A model generated the notes under the pieces. The model made no database searches. It was not told the origin of the DNA and was given only the letters and a program-made list of their open reading frames with translations. The translations under genes were made by a program, and so were the position numbers. From an uncultured Bacilli bacterium (GTDB taxonomy: Bacteria; Bacillota_I; Bacilli_A; RF39; UBA660): a stretch of 64,000 nucleotides of DNA. Shown here piece after piece: positions 1 to 9,067 of the stretch (within the stretch, counting starts at the first letter, position 1; each line of letters begins with the position of its first letter). The stretch is from NCBI GenBank assembly GCA_944358535.1, contig CALVRH010000001.1:23708-87707 (forward strand). Direction: 5' to 3'.

Positions 1-670
1 TTACTTTATCAAATTTTTCTTCTTGATATTTTTCAGCATTGAAGGCTCTAACTACTCTAATGCCGGTTAGATTTTCTCTAGCTATTCCATTGATTTTATC
101 AATTAATTTTTGAACGAGTTTAAATCTTGGAATAACGATAAGCATAAGGGTTGTAATGACACCCAATAAGATTAATACAGCTATACCAGTGATTGCACTC
201 CACTGCCAACCTTTGTTTAATATTTTGGTAATAGCCCATACCGCTGTTATAGGTGCTTTGACTAGTAGTTGCAATCCCATAGCGATTAACATTTCTATTT
301 GGGTAACATCATTAGTTGTTCTAGTTATTAAACTACTTGTTTGAAATTCTTTGATTTCTTCAGTATCAAGGTTTTGAACTTTATTAAAAATTTGTTTTCT
401 TGTGTTTTTAGAAAATTCTGATGCAATATAAGCGGCAAAATATCCAGCACTAGCGGCGAATATTAAACTGCCTAAAGCGCATAAAACCATATATACGCCA
501 TTTTGAACTATGTCAGACATTTTACTACCTTCTGTTTGAACAAGTACAGTTATTTCAGACATATAATCTGGAATTTTTAGTTCTAGCCATACTTGGCAAA
601 CAATTAAAATTACACAAAATAGTGCATAAAGCCATTCTTTTTTTGTAAGATTTTTTATTAATTTTAGCAT
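1..670 (-). CDS. ABC type-I exporter, N-terminal transmembrane domain (partial; gene continues past window start)
   Basis: Minus-strand frame from ATG at 670-668 stays open to position 1 (absent from ORF track because partial). Translation MLKLIKNLTKKEWLYALFCVILIVCQ... has multiple TM helices and the ...GIRVVRAFNAEKYQEEKF... segment typical of ABC exporter TMDs. Immediately downstream of a MarR regulator. Confidence 0.55.
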   Translation of the reverse strand, partial: MLKLIKNLTKKEWLYALFCVILIVCQVWLELKIPDYMSEITVLVQTEGSKMSDIVQNGVYMVLCALGSLIFAASAGYFAAYIASEFSKNTRKQIFNKVQNLDTEEIKEFQTSSLITRTTNDVTQIEMLIAMGLQLLVKAPITAVWAITKILNKGWQWSAITGIAVLILLGVITTLMLIVIPRFKLVQKLIDKINGIARENLTGIRVVRAFNAEKYQEEKFDKV

Positions 671-674
671 ATGT

Positions 675-1112
675 TCATCCTTTCGTTTTTATATTTTCTT
701 TCATTTTATTAATAATTTTGAAAAAAAGTTCTAAATCTTCTTTTTTGATGCCACTAGTAATAACTTTTTCGGCTTCGTTTAATTTGTCTTTTACAATTTG
801 AAAGTTATTTTTAGCGGTTTCACTAATGATTATTTCTTTTTTTCTAGTATCAATTTGATCTTTAATTCTAAAAATTAGGTCGTTTTTTTCCATTGTTTTT
901 AGAATCTCAGAGAGGGTTGCTCTTCTTAGATTTAGAGCGTTTCCTATGTCTTTTTGATATATTTTTTCATTTTGTTTGGAAATTATAAAGTGCAGGATTT
1001 GCATTTGAGCTGGTGTTGGCATTTTTTGTTTGTCAATATCAGCTATACAAATGTATCTTATAATTTCATGGTTTAAATCTTTTATTAGATAGGTTACTCT
1101 TTTGTTTTCCAT
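675..1112 (-). CDS. MarR-family transcriptional regulator
   Basis: 145 aa with winged-helix core (...QMQILHFIISKQNEKIYQKDIGNALNLRRATLSEILKTMEKNDLIFR...). Positioned directly upstream of the ABC exporter. Confidence 0.8.
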   Translation of the reverse strand: MENKRVTYLIKDLNHEIIRYICIADIDKQKMPTPAQMQILHFIISKQNEKIYQKDIGNALNLRRATLSEILKTMEKNDLIFRIKDQIDTRKKEIIISETAKNNFQIVKDKLNEAEKVITSGIKKEDLELFFKIINKMKENIKTKG

Positions 1113-1236
1113 TATTCACCTTCTTTATAACCTGCTAAAACATTTTAGTATAATTTTAAAATATTGTCAATACCCTAACAAAAATATTTTTAAATCACAT
1201 ATTTTCCCACAATTAAAAGATAAGTGGAACTTATCT

Positions 1237-2094
1237 TTAGTTATTTATATGATGATGTATTTGTGGTGTATTTTTTGTTATTTTGGCAAAAGTATACCCA
1301 TTTTCTTTAGCAAATTTTATAATGGCTGGCAAGGCTTCGACAGTAGTTCTTTTGTCGATTAAATCATGCATTAAGACGATATTTGTTCCATTATGTATTT
1401 TATGCACGACGTTATTATATATGCTTTCTTTTGTCTGCTGACCACTTGCATCATTACTGTCGACATTCCAGTCGAAATAATAGTAATCATTTTCGGTTAA
1501 TTTATTTGTTATTCTAGTTACAATACCTAAATTATATTTTCTAGATATGGTATTTGATGAACCACCTGGTAATCTTACAATACGTGATTTATGGCCAGTT
1601 ATATTATAAATTTGATTTCTTATTTGATTTAAATCATTAAAGTAATTTTCATCTTGGGAATAGATATAACTATAGTTGTGAGTTGATGTATGAAGAGCTA
1701 CTGTATGATTTTCTTCTTGCATTCTTTTAACAAGGCGTGAATATTTATCAATTTGTCTTGAGGTTAAGAAAAAAGTGGCAGGGATATTTTCTTCTTTTAG
1801 AATATTTAATATACTTTCGGTTAGAGCGCTTGGGCCATCATCAAAAGTTAGATAAATGGTTTTAGCTGATACGACTGAAGGGTTTATGTCTTTTGCTTTT
1901 ATTTTATTTGGTTTATAGTAGTTTATTTTTTGACTAAAGGCTACTTTTGGATTTATTTGTTTAAAGGTTTGTTTTGGGTTATTTATTTTGGTTATATAGT
2001 TTAAAATTATTAAAATATTGAATAAGATACATATTATGATTATAATAGGTACTTTATTTTTTAAAATGGTCTGTTTAATGTTTTTATGCAGCAT
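1237..2094 (-). CDS. Polysaccharide deacetylase (NodB/PgdA family), membrane anchored
   Basis: N-terminal TM helix, NodB motifs TFDDGP, HTSTH, RLPGGS, LMHD. About 55% identical over the catalytic domain to the 9068..10477 product. Confidence 0.8.
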   Translation of the reverse strand: MLHKNIKQTILKNKVPIIIIICILFNILIILNYITKINNPKQTFKQINPKVAFSQKINYYKPNKIKAKDINPSVVSAKTIYLTFDDGPSALTESILNILKEENIPATFFLTSRQIDKYSRLVKRMQEENHTVALHTSTHNYSYIYSQDENYFNDLNQIRNQIYNITGHKSRIVRLPGGSSNTISRKYNLGIVTRITNKLTENDYYYFDWNVDSNDASGQQTKESIYNNVVHKIHNGTNIVLMHDLIDKRTTVEALPAIIKFAKENGYTFAKITKNTPQIHHHINN

Positions 2095-2146
2095 ACTACC
2101 TCACCTATTAACATTATACCTTAAAATATAAGGAAAACCAAAGAAA

Positions 2147-3397
2147 TTAGTATTTTCCTTTGGTTTTTTTGCATATATTATTTCTTTCTATTATTAAATT
2201 TAGTATTTCGTTTATTTTTTCTTCAGTTGGATTATCCGCCGTTTTATTTAATTTTTCTAATATTGCTTCTTCACTTTCTTTTGTAAATTCAGATGATATA
2301 GGGTCTGAAAATTTGAGGGCTTCAACTAAGTCTTGATTGTTTATTTTTTTAGCTATGTTTAAAGCTTCTTCAATAAAATTTTGGATGTTATTTATTTTTT
2401 TATCATATTCTTTTAATCTATTTTTGACGAAATATAAAGGTAAGAATATGATAAAATATATGATAGTTGTAACTATAGTTATGATTAAAAGATTATTTAT
2501 ATTTAAGTAAGCATATATGTTTATAGCAAATAGATAAATGATGGATAAAATATATAAGAAAGTTATATATACTGTTTTATCTTGATTTTTCTTTTTATTT
2601 AGAATTAATATAATCAACAAGGTTATAATTAGGGCCACTAATTCTATTATAATGGCAAGATAAAAATTATTATTGATATTTTCGTCTATTATTTGATTTA
2701 TAGTTATAACAGACGAAGGAATATATATTTCGCTTGGCATTTTATCTAAATTCATAGAAATAGTGGTTACAGGAAGATTTTCAATGGTTTCTGGGATTAT
2801 AATTTGTTTTTCACTACCTTTATAACCAGTTACTTCTATTTGATTATTTTTGATGTTATAAGTGAAATTATCGTTACTTTTAAGTTCGTTTAGTTCACTA
2901 TCTGATATGTTTTGATAATTAAAATTGTTTTTTTCGGCATAGTTTTGAACATTTTGATTATTATGTGAGGTTAGTTTGATAGAGCTATTATTGATTGATT
3001 TTATATTTTCATCTATTATTTGATTTATGGTTATAACAGATGAAGGAATATATATTTCACTTGGCGCTTTATCTAAACTCATAGAAATAGTGGTTACAGG
3101 AAGATTTTCAATGGTTTCTGGTATTATTATTTGTTTTTCACTACCTTTATAACCAGTTATTTCTATTTGATTATTTTTGATATTATAAGTAAAATTATCG
3201 TTACTTTTAAGTTCGTTTAGTTCACTATCTGATATATTTTGATAATTAAAATTGTTTTTTTCGGCATAGTTTTGAACATTTTGATTATTATGTGAGGTTA
3301 GTTTAATGGAATTGTTATTAAACGGTTTATTTAGATAGGTTAGAGTTAAGAAAATGGTACTTATTAATATTATAATAACTGGAATGATTTTTTTCAT
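2147..3397 (-). CDS. Membrane protein with two near-identical 118-aa tandem repeats (BspA-like LRR fragments), 4 TM helices and a cytoplasmic coiled C-terminus
   Basis: 416-aa ORF. Repeat unit SIKLTSHNNQNVQNYAEKNNFNYQNISDSELNELKSNDNFTYNIKNNQIE[IV]TGYKGSEKQIIIPETIENLPVTTISM.LDK.PSEIYIPSSVITINQIIDENI occurs twice; the IPSSVITI segment resembles BspA-type LRRs. Start is 1 nt downstream of the SPFH gene stop. Confidence 0.5.
   Translation of the reverse strand: MKKIIPVIIILISTIFLTLTYLNKPFNNNSIKLTSHNNQNVQNYAEKNNFNYQNISDSELNELKSNDNFTYNIKNNQIEITGYKGSEKQIIIPETIENLPVTTISMSLDKAPSEIYIPSSVITINQIIDENIKSINNSSIKLTSHNNQNVQNYAEKNNFNYQNISDSELNELKSNDNFTYNIKNNQIEVTGYKGSEKQIIIPETIENLPVTTISMNLDKMPSEIYIPSSVITINQIIDENINNNFYLAIIIELVALIITLLIILILNKKKNQDKTVYITFLYILSIIYLFAINIYAYLNINNLLIITIVTTIIYFIIFLPLYFVKNRLKEYDKKINNIQNFIEEALNIAKKINNQDLVEALKFSDPISSEFTKESEEAILEKLNKTADNPTEEKINEILNLIIERNNICKKTKGKY
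2609..3316 (-). repeat. Two tandem ~354-bp near-identical direct repeats inside CDS 2147..3397
   Basis: DNA blocks ~2609-2962 and ~2963-3316 are almost identical (e.g. 'gataattaaaattgtttttttcggcatagttttgaacattttgattattatgtgaggttagttt' occurs twice), giving the two 118-aa protein repeats. Confidence 0.8.
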
Positions 3398-3398
3398 A

Positions 3399-4544
3399 TT
3401 ATTTTATTCTCCTTCCACATTTTGGACAAAATATGTTATCGGGTTCTAATTTATGATGGCAGTTTGGGCAGGTTAAATTATTTTCTAATGAGGTTCCACA
3501 TTTTTTGCAAAAGCTGTGATCTTTAGAGTTTGCAGTTCCACACTTTGGACATGTTTTAGTATTGTCAATATTAGCGATAACACCTTGAACATTATTTCCA
3601 ACTTTGTCGCCTAAAGTGGTACCTATTCCGCTCATGATACCAAGTCCTACTCCAACGTTAGCAAATTCGCCTACGCCTTCGTTAGCAGCCATTTTTTCTA
3701 AGGCATTATAAGATCTTTCTTCTTGATATGAGTAACCTTCTTGTTCACGTTTTTTAGCTTCGGCTTCAGAAGCAATGACTTTTTGTTTGGCTTTGGTTTC
3801 TTCATCAATAAGTTTTACTTTTTGTCTTAATTCGGCTTCAGCTACAGAAACGGTTTGTTTAAAATATAATTCTTTAAATTCTAAGTATTGTTTATCATCC
3901 TCTGGTTTTAATATGGTAGTTACAAAGAATTTATTTAGTTTAATGCCATAGTCTGCAAAGTCTTTATTTAAAAGTTTTTGAAGGGTATCACTAAAGTCGT
4001 TTAAGTATTTATCAACTTCAAAGATACATATTTTATTTTCGGTTATGATGTTTGCCATATAACTTTTAACTTTTGTTAATATGCATGATGTGAAGAAGTT
4101 ATCAATTGTTTCATTATCGATTGTTTTTTTGATTCCGACTAGTTTTATTAATAATTTTCTTGCGTCTTCGACAATGAAACGCATTTCACCGCAAGCTCCA
4201 ATTTGAATTGGGAAATTATATTTCGGGTCTAGAAATTCAATTTTACTACTGGTTCCCCATTTACTATTTTTTTCGGTTTTATCGATAAAATATACTTCAC
4301 ACTGAAAGGGACTTCTAAAACCGGTTGGAATATTTAAAAATGTTTTTAGAAGTGGAATATTATTGGTGGTTAAGGTATATTTACCTGGTCCAAATAAATC
4401 TAAAGCTTTACCATTTGAGAAAAATAAGGCTTCTTGTGACTCATGGACTATTAACTGCGACATTGTGTTAAAATTTGTTTTAGGATATCTCCATACTAGA
4501 TTATCGTCGGCTTTTACTTTTTTTATTACTTCAAATATTGCCAT
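3399..4544 (-). CDS. SPFH/band-7 domain protein with C-terminal double zinc ribbon
   Basis: 381 aa. N-terminal ~270 aa match the SPFH fold family often annotated 'virion core protein-like' in Firmicutes, followed by a coiled segment. C-terminus has CPKCG...CKKCG and CPNCH...CPKCG zinc-ribbon pairs. Start is 9 nt downstream of the TIR gene stop. Confidence 0.65.
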   Translation of the reverse strand: MAIFEVIKKVKADDNLVWRYPKTNFNTMSQLIVHESQEALFFSNGKALDLFGPGKYTLTTNNIPLLKTFLNIPTGFRSPFQCEVYFIDKTEKNSKWGTSSKIEFLDPKYNFPIQIGACGEMRFIVEDARKLLIKLVGIKKTIDNETIDNFFTSCILTKVKSYMANIITENKICIFEVDKYLNDFSDTLQKLLNKDFADYGIKLNKFFVTTILKPEDDKQYLEFKELYFKQTVSVAEAELRQKVKLIDEETKAKQKVIASEAEAKKREQEGYSYQEERSYNALEKMAANEGVGEFANVGVGLGIMSGIGTTLGDKVGNNVQGVIANIDNTKTCPKCGTANSKDHSFCKKCGTSLENNLTCPNCHHKLEPDNIFCPKCGRRIK

Positions 4545-4553
4545 AATTTACCT

Positions 4554-6401
4554 CTACTTTCTTTTTGGAATATATTTTGAATATGCATATTCTCCATTTT
4601 GTGATTTATATCCAGAGTATACATAACCTGTTTTGTTTGGTATATATTCTATTTTATACCAAAGACCATCTTTATTTGGACAGTTATCTATATTTTTACA
4701 TGACACTATTTCTAGTACATTATAATAATTTCCTGAAAAGATATAATCTTGTTTTTGGCTACTGCTATCTGGATTTTTTCTAACATTTATATAATCGATT
4801 GTTACTAATATTTGGTTTTCATTTGTGTTTTTTGCGCCTATATTTTTTGGTTTCATGAATACGATGAATATTAAGGTGATTGATAATACTATAGCAAGTA
4901 TATAGGCAATTATTGGCGTTTTAGTATGTGGGTTATCTTCAAAATTTTTCTTTGTTTCTTTTTGTAATTGTTTAATTTCTTCAGCGTACTGTTTTTTGAT
5001 AAGGGTTGTTTCGGCTTTTAATTGCCATTTAGAGTTCATTAATATTAGTATGATAGTGAATATGTAAATACCTAGTATAGATGAGTTAAAAGTTAAGTTA
5101 TATTCTTTATATATAAAGACTGAAAATAGTAAGAATATAAATAGATTTATAATATATAGATATTTAGATATTCTTCGGCTTTTTCGGCTACTAAAACCTA
5201 GTATATAAGCTATAAAATATATTATAGATGTCGTGCCAAAGATTATCACGAGTTGGTCAGATAATAGTTTTATATATAAAGTTGGATTGTTTGAAACAAA
5301 AACAGAATTACTAATTAATATAATATAGAAAGTGGCTACTACAGCGGAGAGTAAAAATGTGATGATGCTATAACTTTTTGGGCATTTTTCTTTGTATATT
5401 TTAACTTCTACGCCTCTTTCTTCTTCCTCTCTTTTTAATTCTTCCTGTTTTAACATTTCTTTGAATTTATTGAATAATTCATCAGATATTTCTTCGTTTT
5501 TTGGTGTTTTTTTGATTATTTTAGTAATACCTCTTATTAAATCTTGAATAGCACCTATTTTATTTAGGTCTTGTCCTTGAAGAAGAATAAATTCTTCAGG
5601 TAAGTCAGAGGCTGTCATGCCATAAAAACAAGGAATTAAGGTTTTATTTTTGTCTTTTTTCATGATGTCTAAGTAACGACTCCACTCATTTTTGACCCAA
5701 ACTGAGTTCATGTTTTTTTGAGATGTTCCAATTACCAACATTACTTTTGAGGATTTTAGTGCTGAATAGATATATGGTTCATATTCTGAGCCTATTTTAT
5801 CTTCTAGAGTAATTCTAGAGAAGAATACTTTATAGTTTAATTTAGTTAATTCGTTATATATTTCTTGGGCTATTACGGAATCTTTGGTTCGTCCACCATT
5901 TTTTTCGTCGGTTTCTTTATAACATATGAATATATCATATGGGCTTTCTTTTTCAGATATTTCTAATATTCCTTTTTGAATTCTATTAATTTCTTTAGCT
6001 TCTTTTTCATAGAGTTCTAATGTTTTACCATAAGCATTTTTTACGATATGTTTATACTCTTGAGTAGTTAAAATTGATTCTTTATTAGTTCTATGACAAG
6101 TAGGAATTTTTTTATTTGTTTTAGGGTCATCGACATATTCGACGCCGTATTTACAAAGAAGAATACCCCACTGCGCTTCTAACTGAGTGTTATCAAGATT
6201 TAATATAGATTCATATAGTCCTTGCGCTTTATCAAACTCATTAGATTGTCTTAATTCGTTTGCTCTATTATAAAGGTTGATTATTTTTTCATTATCAGAG
6301 TTTGGCAAGGTCATAGTACTTTTACAGTATAGACATTTACCGGTATTAGTACCTTTAATTGGCTCAATATCGCCGCCACACATTTTACATTTAAAGGTCA
6401 T
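4554..6401 (-). CDS. TIR-domain membrane protein (Zn-ribbon - TPR-like - TIR - 5 TM - SH3b)
   Basis: 615 aa. N-term CKMCGG...CLYCKS zinc ribbon. TIR core YDIFICYKETD...KVFFSRITLEDKIGSEYEPYIYSALKSSKVMLVIGTSQKNMNSVWVKNEWSRYL (DIFISY-like beta-A strand, SxWxxxE catalytic-type glutamate). Five hydrophobic helices. C-terminal SH3b-like ...INVRKNPDSSS...WYKIEY...GYVYSGY. Confidence 0.75.
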   Translation of the reverse strand: MTFKCKMCGGDIEPIKGTNTGKCLYCKSTMTLPNSDNEKIINLYNRANELRQSNEFDKAQGLYESILNLDNTQLEAQWGILLCKYGVEYVDDPKTNKKIPTCHRTNKESILTTQEYKHIVKNAYGKTLELYEKEAKEINRIQKGILEISEKESPYDIFICYKETDEKNGGRTKDSVIAQEIYNELTKLNYKVFFSRITLEDKIGSEYEPYIYSALKSSKVMLVIGTSQKNMNSVWVKNEWSRYLDIMKKDKNKTLIPCFYGMTASDLPEEFILLQGQDLNKIGAIQDLIRGITKIIKKTPKNEEISDELFNKFKEMLKQEELKREEEERGVEVKIYKEKCPKSYSIITFLLSAVVATFYIILISNSVFVSNNPTLYIKLLSDQLVIIFGTTSIIYFIAYILGFSSRKSRRISKYLYIINLFIFLLFSVFIYKEYNLTFNSSILGIYIFTIILILMNSKWQLKAETTLIKKQYAEEIKQLQKETKKNFEDNPHTKTPIIAYILAIVLSITLIFIVFMKPKNIGAKNTNENQILVTIDYINVRKNPDSSSQKQDYIFSGNYYNVLEIVSCKNIDNCPNKDGLWYKIEYIPNKTGYVYSGYKSQNGEYAYSKYIPKRK

Positions 6402-6505
6402 TTAAAACACACTCCCACTACTTTTTCTATTATGATTTTATCATATTTGTTTTTTTAAAACAATGATTTATAAAAGTACGGTCAAAATACAAATATTGTT
6501 ATAAT

Positions 6506-8350
6506 TTATTTTTTTTCTAATTTTTTAACATATTCATTGTTATCTCCACTATATACATACCCTATTACTCCTTTGCCAGTTTTAATTTTATACCAATAAG
6601 TACTATAATCGTCATATTCGTCTTCTTCGATGGCTTCTAATATTGTATATATTTCACCTTTTTTTACTTCGCCTAAAATATGAGTATTATTATATGTATT
6701 AGTTTCTTGTCTAATTCTAAGGTATTCTGTAATTATTTCTATTTGCTCTTTAGTATCATCGCGTTTATTTGTTTGTTCATTATTTAATGATGTGGCTGTT
6801 TTTATGATAAATAACAAGATGGTTATTATAACAATTATGAGTATTATTTTTTTTCCTTTAGTTTTTTCTTTTGTTTTAAAATTTTCCTTAATATATTTAT
6901 TTTTCTTTAACTGGTTATCTTTTTCTTCGGTAGTCATTATCGATTTAGTACTAGAGTTTAATGTCCAAGATGGATTTAATAATGAAGATATAACTTGAAC
7001 TATAATTATAAAACTATTTATAAGTATTAATTCAAAATTGCCTATCACAATGTTTTCGACGGCTCTAAAATTTTTGTCAGCGAAGTTATCAACGACAGCA
7101 CAAAAAACGTTATTAAACTGTAATATTAATAAAGCTATAGAGAGCGCTGTGAGCAAACTTTTATATTTATATGTTTTTCTTTTGAAGCAAAATATAAATG
7201 ATAAAATAAAGAATATTAAAGATAAGATTATTAATATATAGCTGGATAGTTCAGTATAGTTAATGTCTAACAGTAATAGATAACAAATGCTAGCTATAAA
7301 AATTATTCCTACTTGAATTAAATAGTACCATATTGGAAGATTTTCTTTTAATATAGTAACTTCATATTTACCATTTCCTAAGTTTTTGGCTTCGTCTAAA
7401 ACATTTTGAACTTTAGCAATGGTTTCTTTATCTATGCCTTCAATGTCGTCTACTTTAGTTTCTTCAATTATTTTTTTAACGCCTCTTGTTAAATCTTGCA
7501 TGGCGCCAACTTTATCCATTGATTGAGCTTGAAGCATGGCAAATTCTTCCGGAAGTTTATAGGCGTCTATTTTACTATATACGGGTATTAAAACTTTTGA
7601 TTTGTCCTGATGCATCATTTCTAAAAATCTATTCCACTCGTTTTTGACCCATACAGCACTAAAGTTTTCTTCGCTGGTTCCAACTACGAGCATTACTTTT
7701 GATGTTTTTAAAGCTGAGTAGATATATGGTTCATATTCTTTTCCAAGTTTATTTTCTAAGGTTATTTTAGAGAAAAACACTTTAAATCCAAGATTTGTTA
7801 GTTTATCATAGATATCTTCGGCAATGACAGAGTCATGGGTACGATTTCCTTGTTTATCGGTTTCTTTATAACAAATGAAAACATCATAAGGCTTTTCTTT
7901 TGAAGAAATTGATAGAATATTTTTTTGAATTTCATCGATTTGTTTAGCTTCTTTTTCGTAAAGTTTTAGAGCATCACCATACGAATTTTTTTTGATATAT
8001 TTAAAATCATTATCTAGTAAGATTGAGTAGTCATTTGTTCTATGACATGTTGGTATTTTTTTATTTGTTTTTGGGTCGTCGACGTATTCGACGCCGTATT
8101 TACAAAGAAGGATACCCCAGTGAGCTTCTGTTTGAGTGTTATCTATTTTTAATATGGTTTCATATATTTCTCTTGATTTATCAAATTCATTATTTAATCT
8201 TAAGTCATTGGCTCTATTATATAGGTTTAATATTCTTTCATTATCGATATTAGGCAAGGTCATTATACTTTTACAGTATAGACATTTACCGGTATTAGTG
8301 CCTTTAATTGGCTCGATATCGCCACCACACATTTTACATTTAAAGGTCAT
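6506..8350 (-). CDS. TIR-domain membrane protein, paralog of 4554..6401
   Basis: 614 aa with the same architecture. First ~100 aa ~75% identical (MTFKCKMCGGDIEPIKGTNTGKCLYCKS...). TIR core YDVFICYKETDKQGNRTHDSVIAEDIY...SAVWVKNEWNRFL. C-terminal SH3b ...WYKIKTGKGVIGYVYSGD. Its 5' leader is near-identical to that of the other copy. Confidence 0.75.
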   Translation of the reverse strand: MTFKCKMCGGDIEPIKGTNTGKCLYCKSIMTLPNIDNERILNLYNRANDLRLNNEFDKSREIYETILKIDNTQTEAHWGILLCKYGVEYVDDPKTNKKIPTCHRTNDYSILLDNDFKYIKKNSYGDALKLYEKEAKQIDEIQKNILSISSKEKPYDVFICYKETDKQGNRTHDSVIAEDIYDKLTNLGFKVFFSKITLENKLGKEYEPYIYSALKTSKVMLVVGTSEENFSAVWVKNEWNRFLEMMHQDKSKVLIPVYSKIDAYKLPEEFAMLQAQSMDKVGAMQDLTRGVKKIIEETKVDDIEGIDKETIAKVQNVLDEAKNLGNGKYEVTILKENLPIWYYLIQVGIIFIASICYLLLLDINYTELSSYILIILSLIFFILSFIFCFKRKTYKYKSLLTALSIALLILQFNNVFCAVVDNFADKNFRAVENIVIGNFELILINSFIIIVQVISSLLNPSWTLNSSTKSIMTTEEKDNQLKKNKYIKENFKTKEKTKGKKIILIIVIITILLFIIKTATSLNNEQTNKRDDTKEQIEIITEYLRIRQETNTYNNTHILGEVKKGEIYTILEAIEEDEYDDYSTYWYKIKTGKGVIGYVYSGDNNEYVKKLEKK

Positions 8351-8438
8351 TTAAAACTCACTCCCACTATTTTCTATTATGATTTTATCATATTTGATTT
8401 TGAAAAGCAAATGAAAAATTGGCGTTGTTTTGACCAAT

Positions 8439-9053
8439 TTATTTATTTTCTAGATATTCATTTTGCTCTTTTAAAATTTGTTTTGCTTTATTGTTATCTA
8501 TTACTTTATAGATTTCATATCTAATTTGCTGAAGGGTTTTATATTGACTTTTTTCTTTTTTTGTTGGTTTTTCTATTGTTTTAAATTTTTCTAGATTTTC
8601 TTCAGTGTTAGTTAGTATTATATTTAATTCATTATTATTAAATGTTTTATTAGAAATATAATCTTGGTATAAAGTAGTTACAATGTCTAGGCTTTCTAAT
8701 TTATAAAAATAGTTATTAAATTCATCTTGGTATTTATCATATGCTTTATTTTTTAATAAGGCATTAAAATACCATACGGTGTAAATGGAATATTCTTTTT
8801 CGGCGTCTTTACTATCTTTTCTTTCCTTTATGAAATTATCTTTTTCTTTCAACAATTGACTATAGTATTTTATTTGTTTACTATAGTTTTTTGTTCCATA
8901 GAGATTACGACATAGTGTGATTAGATCATTATAGTCTTTGGTTTTGTTATATTTTTGTTCTAGATGTTTTGGGAGGTTTTGATCCCAACAATAAGAAAAT
9001 GTGAGTGTAATAGCTATAACTATTAATAAACTTACAATGATTTTTTTGATCAT
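8439..9053 (-). CDS. Hypothetical membrane-anchored protein
   Basis: 204 aa, single N-terminal TM helix (IIVSLLIVIAITLTF) then a K/Y/N-rich soluble domain. No recognisable motifs. Confidence 0.35.
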   Translation of the reverse strand: MIKKIIVSLLIVIAITLTFSYCWDQNLPKHLEQKYNKTKDYNDLITLCRNLYGTKNYSKQIKYYSQLLKEKDNFIKERKDSKDAEKEYSIYTVWYFNALLKNKAYDKYQDEFNNYFYKLESLDIVTTLYQDYISNKTFNNNELNIILTNTEENLEKFKTIEKPTKKEKSQYKTLQQIRYEIYKVIDNNKAKQILKEQNEYLENK

Positions 9054-9067
9054 GATATCATCTCCTA

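Noticed and set aside
4363-4783. Plus-strand ORFs 4363..4626 and 4565..4783
   Set aside because: Antisense to the SPFH and TIR genes across their junction. Hydrophobic antisense artefacts without RBS.
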